NCBI GenBank assembly: GCA_050287085.1
Contig: JBNKBE010000024.1
Location: forward strand, 30,283 to 94,282
DNA length: 64,000 nt
Source: Polyangiaceae bacterium
Lineage (GTDB): Bacteria; Myxococcota_A; Polyangia; Polyangiales; Polyangiaceae
Direction: 5' to 3'
Part shown: in pieces, positions 1 to 11,222 of the stretch
Position numbering within the stretch: position 1 is the first letter of the stretch
How the letters are laid out: each line of letters opens with the position of its first letter
Notes under the pieces: generated by a model
What the model was told of the DNA's origin: nothing
What the model saw: the letters and a program-made list of their open reading frames with translations, nothing else
Databases searched by the model: none
Position numbers and translations under genes: made by a program

Positions 1-45
1 GGCTGGCTGCTGCACGGCTGGCTGCTGCGCGGCTGGCTGCTGCGC
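1..45. repeat. 15-bp tandem repeat x3 (GGCTGGCTGCTGCRC), possibly truncated by the window start
   Basis: Three adjacent copies read directly; period divisible by 3, so probably a 5-aa repeat in a gene leaving the window. Confidence 0.7.
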
Positions 46-403
46 GGTGTCGCGGGGGACAGGTCGCGACCAAGACGCCCCGCCGGGGAACAGGCGGCGA
101 ACCGGGGCTGACTCGATCTGACACGGCCTGTCTGTGTGACGAATGCGACAAGATGAAGTGGTACTCCGTGTACGAAAGCGTGACGATGGAGGGTTTCGAC
201 TGGCTATGAAACTACCATTTTGCGGAAGTGTCGGCCAAGTGGACACACGAGCCGGCGAAATGTGAGCAAACTGAGGACTACCGGTGGAGACTGCCACGTC
301 TGCGTCGGCCGGTTCAATGGCTCGGCCCTTTCCCCGACATGAGGGATGTTGACGCGCAGCAATGTTATGGACGTCCAACTCCGTGGATCGTTCTACCCCC
401 CTC

Positions 404-1654
404 ATGACTTCACCGCCGCACCCGCTGGGACCTCCCGCTGAAAGCATCGGGATCTATGTGCATTTTCCCTGGTGTATCAAGAAGTGCCCCTACTGCGACT
501 TCCTGAGCATCCCGGGGGATCCGGAGCACATTCCCCATCAACGCTATGCGGATCAGGTCATCACCGAGATGGCTCAAAGAGCCGAGGAGTATTCCGAGCG
601 CGCCGTGCACAGCGTTTTCTTTGGCGGTGGCACCCCCTCCTTGTGGGAGCCGCGCGCGCTTGGGCGCGTGCTCGAAGCACTGTTCCACCGCTTTCCAGGC
701 TTGGGTGCAGACGCGGAGATAACGGTCGAGTGCAATCCTGGAAGCCTGACCCGAACCAAAGCGGAGCAGCTCCGCGCTGCCGGGGTCAACCGACTGAGTA
801 TCGGTGTCCAGTCACTGTCCGCTGAACGTCTAGCCTTTTTGGGCCGGTGGCACGACGCCTCTCAAGCCCTCGCCGCCATTGACGCGGCCCAACGGGCCGG
901 CTTCCAACGCGTCTCTGCGGACATGATCATCGGTGTAAGCGGCCAATCCGCAGAGGAAGCGGTGACCGAGATAACGACACTGGCCGGCCTTGGATTGGAG
1001 CATCTTAGCGCCTATACGCTAACGTTGGAACCCGGCACTCGGTTCCATGCCCAGCACAAACAGGGACGACTTCCGCTGCTACCGGAAGAGGAAGTGGCTC
1101 GCTGCTTTGTGGCGGTACGGCAATGCCTCACCGAACGCGGCTTCCGTCAATACGAAATCAGCAACTACGCGAAGCCGGACGCCGAAAGCCGGCACAATCT
1201 CGGCTATTGGCTCGGCAACGACTACGTGGGCCTGGGTACAGGCGCGTTCGGCACCTGGACAACGCGTTCAGCGGCGGAAACGCGTGGGCTCCGCTACCGC
1301 AATACCCTGTCCGTCGAGCGCTATTTGGCGCAGGCCTTCAAGCCCTTGCCCTTGGGGCCTCCCCTCCCCGGACAGGAACCCACCGCGCTGACCTCTGACC
1401 CCCTGCTGTCCGTGGAGCACCTGACGGCCGCCACCCTGCTCAGCGAGCGTTTGATGCTCGGACTACGCACCGATACGGGGGTTCTACCCGCCGCCCTCGC
1501 AGCGGCCCTGGGAGTGCCGGTTCTGACCCCCGAGCGCTTGAAGAAGGTGCAGCAACTGCAGGCGCGCGGCCGCCTCCGCGTCGCCGGCGATCGCTGGGTC
1601 ATCCCCAGCGATCAGTGGCTATTCAGCGATGACACCATCGCGCGGCTGCTCTGA
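404..1654 (+). CDS. hemW: Radical SAM heme chaperone HemW (HemN-like)
   Basis: YVHFPWCIKKCPYCDF (CxxxCxxC), FFGGGTPS, YEISNYA, HNLGYW motifs; start could be 362. Confidence 0.9.
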   Translation: MTSPPHPLGPPAESIGIYVHFPWCIKKCPYCDFLSIPGDPEHIPHQRYADQVITEMAQRAEEYSERAVHSVFFGGGTPSLWEPRALGRVLEALFHRFPGLGADAEITVECNPGSLTRTKAEQLRAAGVNRLSIGVQSLSAERLAFLGRWHDASQALAAIDAAQRAGFQRVSADMIIGVSGQSAEEAVTEITTLAGLGLEHLSAYTLTLEPGTRFHAQHKQGRLPLLPEEEVARCFVAVRQCLTERGFRQYEISNYAKPDAESRHNLGYWLGNDYVGLGTGAFGTWTTRSAAETRGLRYRNTLSVERYLAQAFKPLPLGPPLPGQEPTALTSDPLLSVEHLTAATLLSERLMLGLRTDTGVLPAALAAALGVPVLTPERLKKVQQLQARGRLRVAGDRWVIPSDQWLFSDDTIARLL

Positions 1655-1709
1655 ACTTTGGGCCCAGGCAGGTCGCTCCGAGCCGCTCCCTGATAGCCCG
1701 CATGCGCTA

Positions 1710-3062
1710 CTAGGACACGTTGGCCTGGAGGCGCCCCGCGTTGACTTGCTCCTGAAAGGGAAGCAGGTCCGTCAACGCGCGCTCAGCCATCGCCTGATAC
1801 TTCATGCGCTTCTTCAATCGGGCCCCGTCCCACGGGGCTAGGTGACTGAACGTGATATTGGAAGGCTGGTAGTCTCCTGGATTGCGCCCCAGCTGCTCGA
1901 TCAACCCGCGATGAGCGGTCGTCAGGGGCGGCAGCAAGGGCTCCCGACCGCACAAGCGCTCGAAAACGAAGTGGCCGACGAGCAACCCCCCGGCAGCGCT
2001 CTCCACGTAGCCCTCGGTACCCGTGATCTGCCCCGCGAAGTACAGGTCTGGTTCGCTGCGAAGCTGGAACGTCGCGTCCAAGCAGGACGGCGCATGCAGG
2101 AACGTGTTGCGGTGCACAGCCCCGTAGCGCAGGAACTCCGCACGCTCGAGGCCGGGTATCGTGCGGAAAACCGTCTCTTGATCCGGCCTCGCCATCCGCG
2201 TCTGAAAACCAACCAGGTTGTAGGCCGTGCCGGCCGCGTCCTCGCGCCGCAACTGCACCACGGCGGCAGGGGTCTTGCCCGTGCGCGGATCGCGCAAGCC
2301 AACCGGTTTCATCGGGCCGAAAGCCAGCGTCTTGGGACCGCGCTCCGCCATCACTTCGATAGGCAGACATCCCTCGAAATAGCGCGCGTCCTCGAATTCG
2401 CGCGGCAGAACCTTGCGGGAGCCAAGCAGAGCCGCCACGAACTCCGAGTACTGCGGTTCGTAGAGGGGGCAATTCACGTACGCCTTCTGCTCTTCCTCCG
2501 TGTCCCCCTTGTCATAGCGGGAAGCGCAATAGACCTTGTCCCAATCGATGCTGTCGGCGGCGACAACGGGGGCGATCGCATCGTAGTAGGCCAGGTGCTC
2601 CGCCCCGATCCGCTCGGCGATGCTGCCGGCCAGGGCATCAGCCGTGAGCGGGCCGGTTGCGATCACCACTGGCCGCACGTCGGGAATGGCGTCGACCCGT
2701 TCCGGCACGATGCGAATCAAGGGATGACTCCTCAGACGACGCGTCATCTCTGCGGCAAACACCTCGCGATCGACAGCAAGGGCCCCTCCCGCTGGCACGC
2801 GCGCTTGTTCTGCTACGGCCATGACCACCGAGCCGAGGCGCCGCATCTCCTCCTTCAATAGCCCGACCGCATTCGTCAGCGCGGCTCCGCGAAAGGAGTT
2901 GCTACACACGAGCTCGGCCAACGCGTCGCTCTTCTGCGCCGGTGTTCGGTGCTGAGGCTTCTGCTCATAGAGGTCGACCCGAACCCCTCGCTCCGCCAAA
3001 AACAAACTGGCCTCTGCGCCGGCAAGACCGGCCCCAATCACAGTTACGACTCGAGATTCCAC
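1710..3062 (-). CDS. trmFO: Folate/FAD-dependent tRNA (uracil-5)-methyltransferase TrmFO (Gid)
   Basis: [14 protein letters not shown] motif, [30 protein letters not shown]; start placed at GTG 3062. Confidence 0.92.
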   Translation of the reverse strand: MESRVVTVIGAGLAGAEASLFLAERGVRVDLYEQKPQHRTPAQKSDALAELVCSNSFRGAALTNAVGLLKEEMRRLGSVVMAVAEQARVPAGGALAVDREVFAAEMTRRLRSHPLIRIVPERVDAIPDVRPVVIATGPLTADALAGSIAERIGAEHLAYYDAIAPVVAADSIDWDKVYCASRYDKGDTEEEQKAYVNCPLYEPQYSEFVAALLGSRKVLPREFEDARYFEGCLPIEVMAERGPKTLAFGPMKPVGLRDPRTGKTPAAVVQLRREDAAGTAYNLVGFQTRMARPDQETVFRTIPGLERAEFLRYGAVHRNTFLHAPSCLDATFQLRSEPDLYFAGQITGTEGYVESAAGGLLVGHFVFERLCGREPLLPPLTTAHRGLIEQLGRNPGDYQPSNITFSHLAPWDGARLKKRMKYQAMAERALTDLLPFQEQVNAGRLQANVS

Positions 3063-3127
3063 GGCCCGGTTAATACCAGAGCCCAACCGGTGTACAAGCA
3101 GAGGTGTTCGCATCACGGAGCCAGCCC

Positions 3128-4159
3128 ATGCCGCACTCATTCGATGCCGCCGTTGTCATCGGTCGCTTTCAGCCCTTCCACGCAGGTCACCTGGCCCTGG
3201 TCAGGCACGCCCTGGAGCTCGCACCGAAGGCCTTGGTTGTTCTCGGCTCGGCGCACCGACCGCGTTCCCCCAAACACCCCTTCACGGTAGCCGAACGCTC
3301 CGCTTTCATACGCGCAGCTATGGGCCGTGACGCTGAACGCGTCACCTTCCTGCCCGTCCGCGACTACTATGACGAGCCACGCTGGCGCGCCGACGTCGAG
3401 GGTCAAGTGGCCGCCCTAGCTCCCAATGCTCGGGTTGCGCTCGTCGGCCACGAGAAGGACGCTTCGAGTCACTACCTCCTCGGATTTGCGCGCTGGAGCC
3501 GAGTCCTGCTGCCACTTCAGGGCGACGTCCACGCCACGCCGCTCCGCGAAGCCTATCTGAGCGCCCCAGCTCGGGCGCTCTCGAGCCTACTCGACAGCTG
3601 GAGTGCCCAATTTCCTGAGGCAACTCGGGACTTTCTCGCGGCGTTCGCTCGCCGAGCTGAGTACCAACACCTCGCCGCCGAGCTCAAAGCGCAACAGGCC
3701 TACCGGGCCTCGTGGTCAGGCGCTCCTTTCCCGCCGGTGTTCGTCACAGTTGACGCGGTCGTGACATGCAATGACCAGGTCTTGCTCATTCAACGCGGCC
3801 ACTCCCCAGGGCGCGGGACCTGGGCCCTGCCCGGCGGGTTTCTTGAAATTGCGGAAACAACCTTATGCTCGGCCCTGCGTGAGTTGGAGGAAGAAACTGG
3901 GCTAGTACTGCCGGAGAAGGCTCGCAGGCCCGCAGCCAGCGCAGTTTTCGACCACCCCGCGCGAAGCGAACGCGGCCGAACGATCAGTCATGTCTTCCAC
4001 TTTGAGCTAAACACCGAAACGCTGCCCCCGGTGCGCGGCTCCGACGACGCGGTGGCGGCCGAGTGGCTACCTAGAGCCGCCTTATTGGAGCGCGAAGCGA
4101 CGCTTTTTGACGACCACTTTCACGTTTTGGACACCTTCCTCAATCTGCTACCCCGGTAG
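3128..4159 (+). CDS. Bifunctional NMN adenylyltransferase / Nudix ADP-ribose pyrophosphatase (NadM-Nudix)
   Basis: [11 protein letters not shown] (HxGH) N-domain; Nudix box [26 protein letters not shown]-terminal DDHFH. Confidence 0.9.
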   Translation: MPHSFDAAVVIGRFQPFHAGHLALVRHALELAPKALVVLGSAHRPRSPKHPFTVAERSAFIRAAMGRDAERVTFLPVRDYYDEPRWRADVEGQVAALAPNARVALVGHEKDASSHYLLGFARWSRVLLPLQGDVHATPLREAYLSAPARALSSLLDSWSAQFPEATRDFLAAFARRAEYQHLAAELKAQQAYRASWSGAPFPPVFVTVDAVVTCNDQVLLIQRGHSPGRGTWALPGGFLEIAETTLCSALRELEEETGLVLPEKARRPAASAVFDHPARSERGRTISHVFHFELNTETLPPVRGSDDAVAAEWLPRAALLEREATLFDDHFHVLDTFLNLLPR

Positions 4160-4165
4160 CTCCCT

Positions 4166-5140
4166 TCAGCTCTCCGTCGAACCAACGCGCGCTACCACGC
4201 CAAGGGCAAAGGTCACCGCTCCTTGAAGGCAAAGCTGAAGCGCGCCGAGCTGAGCCTCGGCGACCGATATTCCGAGCCGGGACGCCACGTCATCCACATG
4301 AAGCGGCCCATCAGCGAGCGCGGCTAGCAGCTCATCCTCGAGAGCCACTTGTGGGCTTCCAGCAGCCAGAGGGCTCTGCAACACCGGCGCGCGCAACAGG
4401 CGGCCCCGCTTCGGAGCCGAACCGGAGGCGGCGAGCGACGCGGCGCCTACGGGCACACACCCGCGCACGCGCAGGGCCCGCAGCACGTCCGCCGGCCCCA
4501 GGCAGAGCTCGGCCCCCCGCTGCAGCTCTTGATTGCTGCCGAGCCCTTGTGAGACCCAAGGACAAGTCGGAACCACCAAGACGGGACGGCCAAAGCTGCG
4601 TGCCCACTTGGCGGCATTGCGCGCGCCACTCCGGATCGGTGCCTGAACGAGTACAACCAACTCGGAGAGCGCAACAAGCAACTCGTTGCGACGGAAGAAG
4701 TGATGCCTTCTGGCGACCACTTCCGCTCGATGCTCGGAGACAAAGCCGCCGCCAGCGTCGACGATGGCCTGAAAAAGCGCCCCATGGCCCTCCGGATAGG
4801 GGCGATCGAAACTACAGGGCGCTACGACAACACTGGCGTGGGGGCGGCCGCCGTGCTCGGTCTCAGCCGCCCGCGCCGCCGCAAGAGCCCCCTCATGGGC
4901 CGCGCGGTCGATCCCCTCGGCCCCCCCCGAGAGCACCGTGACGCCGGCAGCGGCCAGTTCACGCCCCATTCGGTGCGCGAAGTCCCACGCGGGCTGAGTC
5001 GGATGGCGCGTGCCAACCACGGCAACGCGTGGAATGTGGCCTAAATTGCCTAGCAGGAAGAGTTTCTTGGGAGGGCTATCGAGCTCCCGAAGCGCAGGCG
5101 GCAGGTGAGCTCTGGACACGACCTCCGGGAGCTGTGGCAT
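4166..5140 (-). CDS. dprA: DNA-processing protein DprA
   Basis: VAVVGTR, VLSGGAEGIDRAAH, FFRRNELL, RSGA motifs plus C-terminal wHTH. Confidence 0.88.
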   Translation of the reverse strand: MPQLPEVVSRAHLPPALRELDSPPKKLFLLGNLGHIPRVAVVGTRHPTQPAWDFAHRMGRELAAAGVTVLSGGAEGIDRAAHEGALAAARAAETEHGGRPHASVVVAPCSFDRPYPEGHGALFQAIVDAGGGFVSEHRAEVVARRHHFFRRNELLVALSELVVLVQAPIRSGARNAAKWARSFGRPVLVVPTCPWVSQGLGSNQELQRGAELCLGPADVLRALRVRGCVPVGAASLAASGSAPKRGRLLRAPVLQSPLAAGSPQVALEDELLAALADGPLHVDDVASRLGISVAEAQLGALQLCLQGAVTFALGVVARVGSTES

Positions 5141-5264
5141 GGGCTCCGTTCGTTCACCGCGATCCTGAGTTGCTTCAAATTGCACCGCTGGCGCCTAGAT
5201 ACTACATCCACACACAATAGTTTCTGGACGACACGCGGAATGACCCGCTAAAGGCGTGTTGCTA

Positions 5265-6221
5265 ATGGAGGTAGTCGTCGCCACGCATGGCCACTGCTTC
5301 GACGGACTCGCCAGTGCCACTCTCTTCACGTGGCTATTGAGCGAACTGCGCGGAGCTAAAGCGGATTTTCACTACGTCGCGTGCGGCTATGGTCCCGGAC
5401 ACCCCGGCGCTCCGGAGTCCTGTCTCAGCGGGGATGAAAACGCGCTGCTGGACTACCGCTTCACCGCGTCCTCACGCCTGCATTGGTACTTCGACCACCA
5501 CAGGACCGCCTTCGGCTCGGAGCAGGACCGAGCCTACTTCGCCGCACAACAGCCCGACCGGCACTACTTCTTCGACCCCGACTACAGTTCCTGCGCCAAG
5601 TTGATCTTTGACACCGCCCAAACTCGCTTTGGGTTGGATCCAGCACCGCTCCAGGAGCTAGCCCAATGGGCTGACGTCGTCGACTCGGCGCGCTTCGAAA
5701 GCGCTGAAGCCGCAATCGACCGCAGCGAGCCGGTCATGCGCTTGGTCAGCGTGACCGAACACCACGGCAGCGCCGACTTCATGAAGCGCTTTGTTAAGGG
5801 GATCTTGAAGGAGGGTATAAGCGCCGTCGCAGCAAGCCGCGAAGTAGAGCAGTTCTACGGCGCAATCGGTAAGAGCCACGACGCCTTCCGGAGCGCGGTC
5901 AAGCGCCAAGCGCGCGCCGACGGCCGCGTCGTCTTGGTCGATCTGACGGAGCAGTCCGTCGACACGCTCGGCAAGTTCGTGACCTACGCGCTGTATCCTG
6001 AAGCGGTGTTCTCCGTGGTCGCCGCCCGGATTCGACGCGGCTATAAGATCTCAGTCGGCTATAATCCGTGGTGTGGAAAGCCGCTCGATACCGATATCAG
6101 CGCCATCTGCGCCCGCTACGGCGGCGGAGGGCATAAAGTGGTTGGAGGCATTTCGTTGCCCGAGGGCGAGGGCGACCGCGCTCGCGAGATCGCGCGCACC
6201 ATCGCCCAAGAGCTCCGCTAG
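5265..6221 (+). CDS. DHH/DHHA1-family phosphoesterase (nanoRNase-like)
   Basis: HGHCFDG, FDHH, GGGGH motifs. Confidence 0.8.
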   Translation: MEVVVATHGHCFDGLASATLFTWLLSELRGAKADFHYVACGYGPGHPGAPESCLSGDENALLDYRFTASSRLHWYFDHHRTAFGSEQDRAYFAAQQPDRHYFFDPDYSSCAKLIFDTAQTRFGLDPAPLQELAQWADVVDSARFESAEAAIDRSEPVMRLVSVTEHHGSADFMKRFVKGILKEGISAVAASREVEQFYGAIGKSHDAFRSAVKRQARADGRVVLVDLTEQSVDTLGKFVTYALYPEAVFSVVAARIRRGYKISVGYNPWCGKPLDTDISAICARYGGGGHKVVGGISLPEGEGDRAREIARTIAQELR

Positions 6222-6248
6222 AGCGGGGCTCGATTTGCGAGGTGCCTT

Positions 6249-7019
6249 GTGACCACCCGCTCGGCCCCCTCCCTCTCCTCCCGCTGGCAACGCCCCGCCG
6301 AGCGCCCTCTGGTCTTGGGTCATCGCGGCGCCCGGCGGAAGCGCCTCGAGAACACCCTGGCGGCCTTCGAGCAGAGCCGTATCGACGGAGCTGATGGCAT
6401 CGAGTTCGACGTGCAGCTGAGCGCTGATGGGCTACCCTTTGTGGCCCACGACGAGACCTTCACGCGGGTGAGCGACGGCGCCATTCGTTCGCGGCTGGCG
6501 GAGCTGGACAGCCACACTCTCGACCACATGCGCCTGCCCGGCGGCGAGGGCCCACCCCGCCTGCAGACGGTGCTGGACTGGGCGGCTCGCTACGACCAGC
6601 TACTGAATATCGAATTGAAGAGCTACGCCCCAGCGCGGGATCCCCTGCCTCGGATGGTGGCAGAGGTCCTGACCGCCACACCCGGCGTGGAGCGGATTGT
6701 CGTCTCTTCCTTCCACCCCGAGCTGCTCTTGCAGCTGCACGCGGCGTTGCCCCATGTTCAGCTCGGACTGCTGTTTACGGCTGAAGAGGCTCCAGTACTC
6801 GATAGCGAGGCGCTCCGTCCCCTGGCGGGCGCAGCTCTTCACCCGCCCAAGGACTGGCTGCTGGAACGCCCAGGGCGCGTGCAAGAGTACGGGGCAGGCC
6901 GAGCCGTCAACACTTGGACCGTCAACAACCCTGAGGAAGCGCGAGAGCTCGCGCCCTACGTCAATGCGCTGATCAGCGACTGCCCTGACCAGCTACTCAG
7001 GGCGCTGACTTCCGGCTGA
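6249..7019 (+). CDS. Glycerophosphodiester phosphodiesterase
   Basis: GHRGA, ENTLAAF, GIEFDV, HD, NIELK, WTVN motifs. Confidence 0.9.
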   Translation: MTTRSAPSLSSRWQRPAERPLVLGHRGARRKRLENTLAAFEQSRIDGADGIEFDVQLSADGLPFVAHDETFTRVSDGAIRSRLAELDSHTLDHMRLPGGEGPPRLQTVLDWAARYDQLLNIELKSYAPARDPLPRMVAEVLTATPGVERIVVSSFHPELLLQLHAALPHVQLGLLFTAEEAPVLDSEALRPLAGAALHPPKDWLLERPGRVQEYGAGRAVNTWTVNNPEEARELAPYVNALISDCPDQLLRALTSG

Positions 7020-7919
7020 GGGCCGAAGGGCACAAGGCGTCGCAACGCGTTGCACTCCACCCGGCTGCTGTTGGCTAAACGTGCCCGGCAAGAGCGGCGG
7101 ATTGTGCTCCAGTCGCTTGTGCTGGAAGGTCACGTCTTGCTCGGCCACGGGCACACTGAAGCGAATGAAAAACGGCAGCTCCGCCCGGCACTCTGGACCG
7201 CTGGGGGAGACATCGGGTTCGATTCCTTCGGGATCTTGACGCGGCTTCGCCGTGTTGACCCGGCGGTGCTCTCCAAGTTCCGCTTCGTAGAGCACAACCC
7301 CCGCCTGCACCACGCGCACCCGCCGAACGCGGAGTCGCTGCTCGGTCCAAGGTCCCGCGAAGGTATCTTCCGCGACTGCAAGCCATACCTCTTGAGTGCT
7401 TTGGTTGGCCCCCGAAAAGCGCAGCAGATATGCGCCGTCATCCCACTGCAGCGACGCATCACCCGGCTCGTGAAGCAGGACCGGAACCTCGCCTTCGAGC
7501 AGTTGCACCAGCGCCTCCGGTGGGATCGGCACTCGCAAGAACTGCTCAAGACTGCATTGGTCTGCAGGCCCGACCACGAACTTTCGCTGACGCTGGTCCA
7601 AGAGTGTGAACCACTCCCGATCCGCGGCCAGGGTCGCAAGCGTACCCCCCATGGGACTGATCACGTCGAGGCGCACCTGCTGGGGGTGCTGCGCCAGGAA
7701 CAACGCTTTGAGCCGCACCCGGCCGGTGTCGTCGAATGCGTCAAAGATGGTCTCGCCGCGAAGCGCGCGGCTGCAGGCCTGTTCAGCCCGCAGTCGCGCA
7801 ATCGCCTGATCGGCGGTGGGGATCGGACTGCGCGGGGGCGGACCACCCAGGGCGCAAGCGCTGGCCCCAACACATACGAGGCCAGCGAGTATCCAGCGCG
7901 CTAGCTCAGCCGCCGGCAC
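6993..7919 (-). CDS. Putative lipoprotein, LolA/LolB-like (DUF4292-like) fold
   Basis: Signal peptide with lipobox-like ASAC; VRLDVISPMGGTLATL resembles that family. Confidence 0.5.
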   Translation of the reverse strand: MPAAELARWILAGLVCVGASACALGGPPPRSPIPTADQAIARLRAEQACSRALRGETIFDAFDDTGRVRLKALFLAQHPQQVRLDVISPMGGTLATLAADREWFTLLDQRQRKFVVGPADQCSLEQFLRVPIPPEALVQLLEGEVPVLLHEPGDASLQWDDGAYLLRFSGANQSTQEVWLAVAEDTFAGPWTEQRLRVRRVRVVQAGVVLYEAELGEHRRVNTAKPRQDPEGIEPDVSPSGPECRAELPFFIRFSVPVAEQDVTFQHKRLEHNPPLLPGTFSQQQPGGVQRVATPCALRPSAGSQRPE

Positions 7920-9663
7920 GCAGCGCCTCGAAAAGCTCCGCGTCCGGCGTGGAAAGCTTGATGGTATCGGAAACCACCAACAACCCGTGTTGCTGGCACA
8001 GGTCTGCCAGAGTGCTTCCGGCGATCAAGTGAACGGGCGTTGCGCCGGGTGCCGCGGCTTCCTCGCGGGCGCCGCTGAGCACCGACGCGGGTGTTACGAT
8101 AACCCCAACCGTCGCCTGCTCGTAGTGATGCAAGCTGCCGCGCAACTCCGTGACCCGCTCGCGGCCGACGTCGCGGCCCTCGCGACGCACGACCACGGCT
8201 GCGACCACGGGCCCCGTCGGCAAGGTCCAGGTTGCGGAAAAGTGCGACTCGGGACCATTACCCCCGGGGCGCTTGACGGCCCGAAAGTCCGAGAATCCAA
8301 GAACCTCGAGCAACGTGAGGGCCACTTCACCGAAGGCCCGTGAGGGCAGCTCCGACAAGCGCTTGGCCAGGGCCTTGCTCGCGGCTTCCTGATGACGGCG
8401 CACCAAAGCGGCGATCTCGCGCTCGATGGCCGCGAGATCGCGATCGGCGCTCCACTCGGTGAGGGCGAGTCGCCCACCCGACAAGAGGCGAAAACGGGGC
8501 TTCTGCCCCAGCGCTTGACGTCGCAACGCGTCCGCGCGGACAGCGGCGCTGATCAGTTGCTGTTGGGGGCTGTCGCCACCACGCCCCCCGCGGCCCTTGG
8601 CAGCTCCTTGAGCGCGGCCGCCCTCGGCGAGCTGCTTGATGCTGGCTGAGCCCTGGCGGCGATAGCCACCAAGCGCCTGCTCCAACGCATCGGCCAGCGC
8701 GAGCCCGGACTGACCGTCCAGCTTGGGGCGCTCTCGACCGCCCCGTTCCTCCTCTATGACCGCCGGGGCTGCCTCAGGCGCGTCCGACACGGTGTAGGTC
8801 GGCAAGTCGTTGTCGTCGCGCTCCCGCTCACGTCCGCGCCGCCCTCGACCCCGACGCCTGCGTCGCCCTCGACCCTCATCCTCATCCTCGTCCTCATCGT
8901 TGGCGTCGCCCCCTAAGATGGGTTCGTCGTCGTCGTCTTCCGCCTCGAAGATCTCGTTGGCGCCGGCGCTCAGCTCCGCGCGGGCGCGCTCATCGTCTCC
9001 AATCCCGGCGTCTTCGTCCTCGGAGTCCATGCTGGGCACCGGAATGCTGACCAGCGAAGTCTCGGCGGAGGCGTGAGCAGACTCTTCCTCTTCGTCGTCT
9101 TCGTCTTCGTCCACCTCCGGCTCAGCGTCGCTGTCCGGCGCCGCTTCCGAAGACGCAGCCGCCCCGAAGAGCTCACCTTGTTCATCTCCGTCGGAAAGTC
9201 GCTCGCTTCCGCTGTCCGGCGCTTCGTCGCTATCAGGCGCGCCCCGCTCGCTCGAAAGCGGTGCCTCCTCGTCGTCCTCTTCATCGGGGGGAAGGCTGTC
9301 GGCCTGCTTTGCGACGGCCTCAGCGGCTCCGCGTTCGCGCGCCTCCGCGCGTTTCGCCCGCGCCTGCTCCGCCTCCAGTCGCTGTAGCTTCTTGAGGGCG
9401 GGCGTTCGATCTTGAAGCCCCTGATCGATCGTCGCCTGATCCCAGTCGGATAGCGCAAATACCCCGGGCTTAACGCGTACGAGCTCGCTGTCGGGGCTCG
9501 CCTTCTTCACCACCGCGGCCAAACGTGCGCCCATCGTCACTTCCGGGCTCTTGCCCACGTGGCTGAGCAGATCTTTCTCGATCGCGACGTCGGTGATTTC
9601 TTTATAGTGGAGGGGCTTGCCCACGAGGCGCAGAACCTGCACCGCTGCTTCGGTAAAAGTCAT
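7906..9663 (-). CDS. HARE-HTH domain protein with long acidic linker and C-terminal Mrr-like restriction-endonuclease fold
   Basis: N-term MTFTEAAVQVL..PLHYKEIT..GKSPEVTM (HARE-HTH); D/E-rich middle; C-term VGRERVTELRGSL..GVIVT..LIAGSTL. Confidence 0.75.
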   Translation of the reverse strand: MTFTEAAVQVLRLVGKPLHYKEITDVAIEKDLLSHVGKSPEVTMGARLAAVVKKASPDSELVRVKPGVFALSDWDQATIDQGLQDRTPALKKLQRLEAEQARAKRAEARERGAAEAVAKQADSLPPDEEDDEEAPLSSERGAPDSDEAPDSGSERLSDGDEQGELFGAAASSEAAPDSDAEPEVDEDEDDEEEESAHASAETSLVSIPVPSMDSEDEDAGIGDDERARAELSAGANEIFEAEDDDDEPILGGDANDEDEDEDEGRGRRRRRGRGRRGRERERDDNDLPTYTVSDAPEAAPAVIEEERGGRERPKLDGQSGLALADALEQALGGYRRQGSASIKQLAEGGRAQGAAKGRGGRGGDSPQQQLISAAVRADALRRQALGQKPRFRLLSGGRLALTEWSADRDLAAIEREIAALVRRHQEAASKALAKRLSELPSRAFGEVALTLLEVLGFSDFRAVKRPGGNGPESHFSATWTLPTGPVVAAVVVRREGRDVGRERVTELRGSLHHYEQATVGVIVTPASVLSGAREEAAAPGATPVHLIAGSTLADLCQQHGLLVVSDTIKLSTPDAELFEALRAGG

Positions 9664-10166
9664 AGTGTTCCGTATTCCGTGCATGCGGCGTCGGATGCGC
9701 CCCTTGGCGCTCCGCCCGTGAGCTCCCGTGCTTCGCGGTACCACCCGGACGGGCGTGACTTCTCACCGCTCCACGAGGGGAAGCGCTCGACGCTCCCAAC
9801 GTGTGCGCAAGCAGCCCGCTCCGCGACGTTGTCCTCGCTCCGCCGATAGTCCGGCGTTTGCGAGCACACGTCGATGCTAGGAGGTGAGCGACTTGGGTGA
9901 GACACGCAACGTGCGTACCTCGCTTGGCCTCAGAGCGTGCGGCGATCGGAACGATGGCTCGCGCCAGGGACGACGTCCCCGCTGTCAGCCAATCCCGACG
10001 TCCAACTACCCGTTGCATCACAATGGTCTCTGAATTGCGGGCTCTGCCCACCGTGGGCGGCTCCCGCGACCGCGCTTCATACCACGCCCGCCCGGACCTA
10101 GTAGCTAAACGCTGCAAAAAAAGGCGGCTGACCAAGCCAAGCGCTGCTAGAGCTGCGGGCCGACTC

Positions 10167-11222
10167 ATGACGTTGCCGGCGATCCGAGAGCAGGTCCCCC
10201 TAGGACCCATGACCACCACTGGGCTCGGGGGCCGGGCGCGATTCCTCGCGGAGCCACGAAACGAAGCGGAGCTCGCCGCCACCCTGAGCTGGGCTACGGG
10301 AGGGGGCGTCGACGTATTTGTGTTGGGGGGCGGGAGCAACACCGTATGTGCTGACGCAGGGGTGGACGGGCTCGTCGTGCGCTACAGGGCCCAAAGCATC
10401 AGCGAATCCCCCACGCGGCCGGGCCTCGTGACAGCCGACGCCGGTGCCGAGTGGGATCAAGTGGTGGCGTGGAGCGTGGAACGTGGCCTCAGCGGGATCG
10501 AATGCCTGAGCGGGATCCCGGGTTCGGCGGGAGCTACCCCCATTCAGAATGTCGGCGCCTACGGACAAGAAATCAGCGAGGTGCTGGAAAGCGTGGAAGC
10601 GTGGGATCGTCACGCGCAGCAGTCCACCGTCTTGAGCCACGCGGACTGCGAGTTTGCCTACCGCAACAGTCGCTTCAAGGGGCGAGATCGAGGGCGTTAT
10701 GTCGTCACCCGCATCACCCTCCGCCTAACGCCGAAGGGCTCACCGGCCATTCGCTATCCGGAGCTAGCCCGGCGACTCGAGGGTGAATCCCATCCCAGCC
10801 CCGCTCGGATCCGCGAGCACGTGCTCGCCGCTCGCCGCGCCAAGTCGATGGTCTATGAACCTAGCGATCCAAACCATCGCAGCTGCGGCTCATTTTTCCT
10901 AAACCCGGTGATCTCGGAGATGGACTACCAGCGGGTGAGCGATAGGGCCAAGACGCCCCCACCCCGTTATCCAGCAGCGGCGGAGCGCGTGAAGGTTCCG
11001 GCAGCCTGGCTGATCGAGCAGGCGGGCTTTCGCAAAGGGCAGCGAGCCGGAAACGTCGGGTTGTCCTCGCGCCACACGCTTTGCTTGGTATGCCACGACG
11101 GCGCAACAAGCGGCGAGTTGGTTCGCTTCGCCAGCCAGATCCAAGCGCAGGTGTTGGAGCGCTTTGGGATCGCCTTGACGCCCGAGCCCGAGTTCTGGGG
11201 GCTCGAAGCACCCACGGCGTGA
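10167..11222 (+). CDS. murB: UDP-N-acetylmuramate dehydrogenase MurB
   Basis: LGGGSN, LSGIPGSAGATPIQNVGAYG, YRNSRFK, SCGSFFLNP, LTPEP. Confidence 0.93.
   Translation: MTLPAIREQVPLGPMTTTGLGGRARFLAEPRNEAELAATLSWATGGGVDVFVLGGGSNTVCADAGVDGLVVRYRAQSISESPTRPGLVTADAGAEWDQVVAWSVERGLSGIECLSGIPGSAGATPIQNVGAYGQEISEVLESVEAWDRHAQQSTVLSHADCEFAYRNSRFKGRDRGRYVVTRITLRLTPKGSPAIRYPELARRLEGESHPSPARIREHVLAARRAKSMVYEPSDPNHRSCGSFFLNPVISEMDYQRVSDRAKTPPPRYPAAAERVKVPAAWLIEQAGFRKGQRAGNVGLSSRHTLCLVCHDGATSGELVRFASQIQAQVLERFGIALTPEPEFWGLEAPTA

Noticed and set aside
1..45. Tandem 15-mer as a CRISPR or regulatory array
   Set aside because: No spacers and the period is a multiple of 3; most likely a low-complexity coding repeat cut by the window edge.
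3128..4159. NadM-Nudix as a functional partner of DarTG (NAD/ADP-ribose recycling)
   Set aside because: It lies among host housekeeping genes 10 kb outside the element; proximity alone is not evidence.
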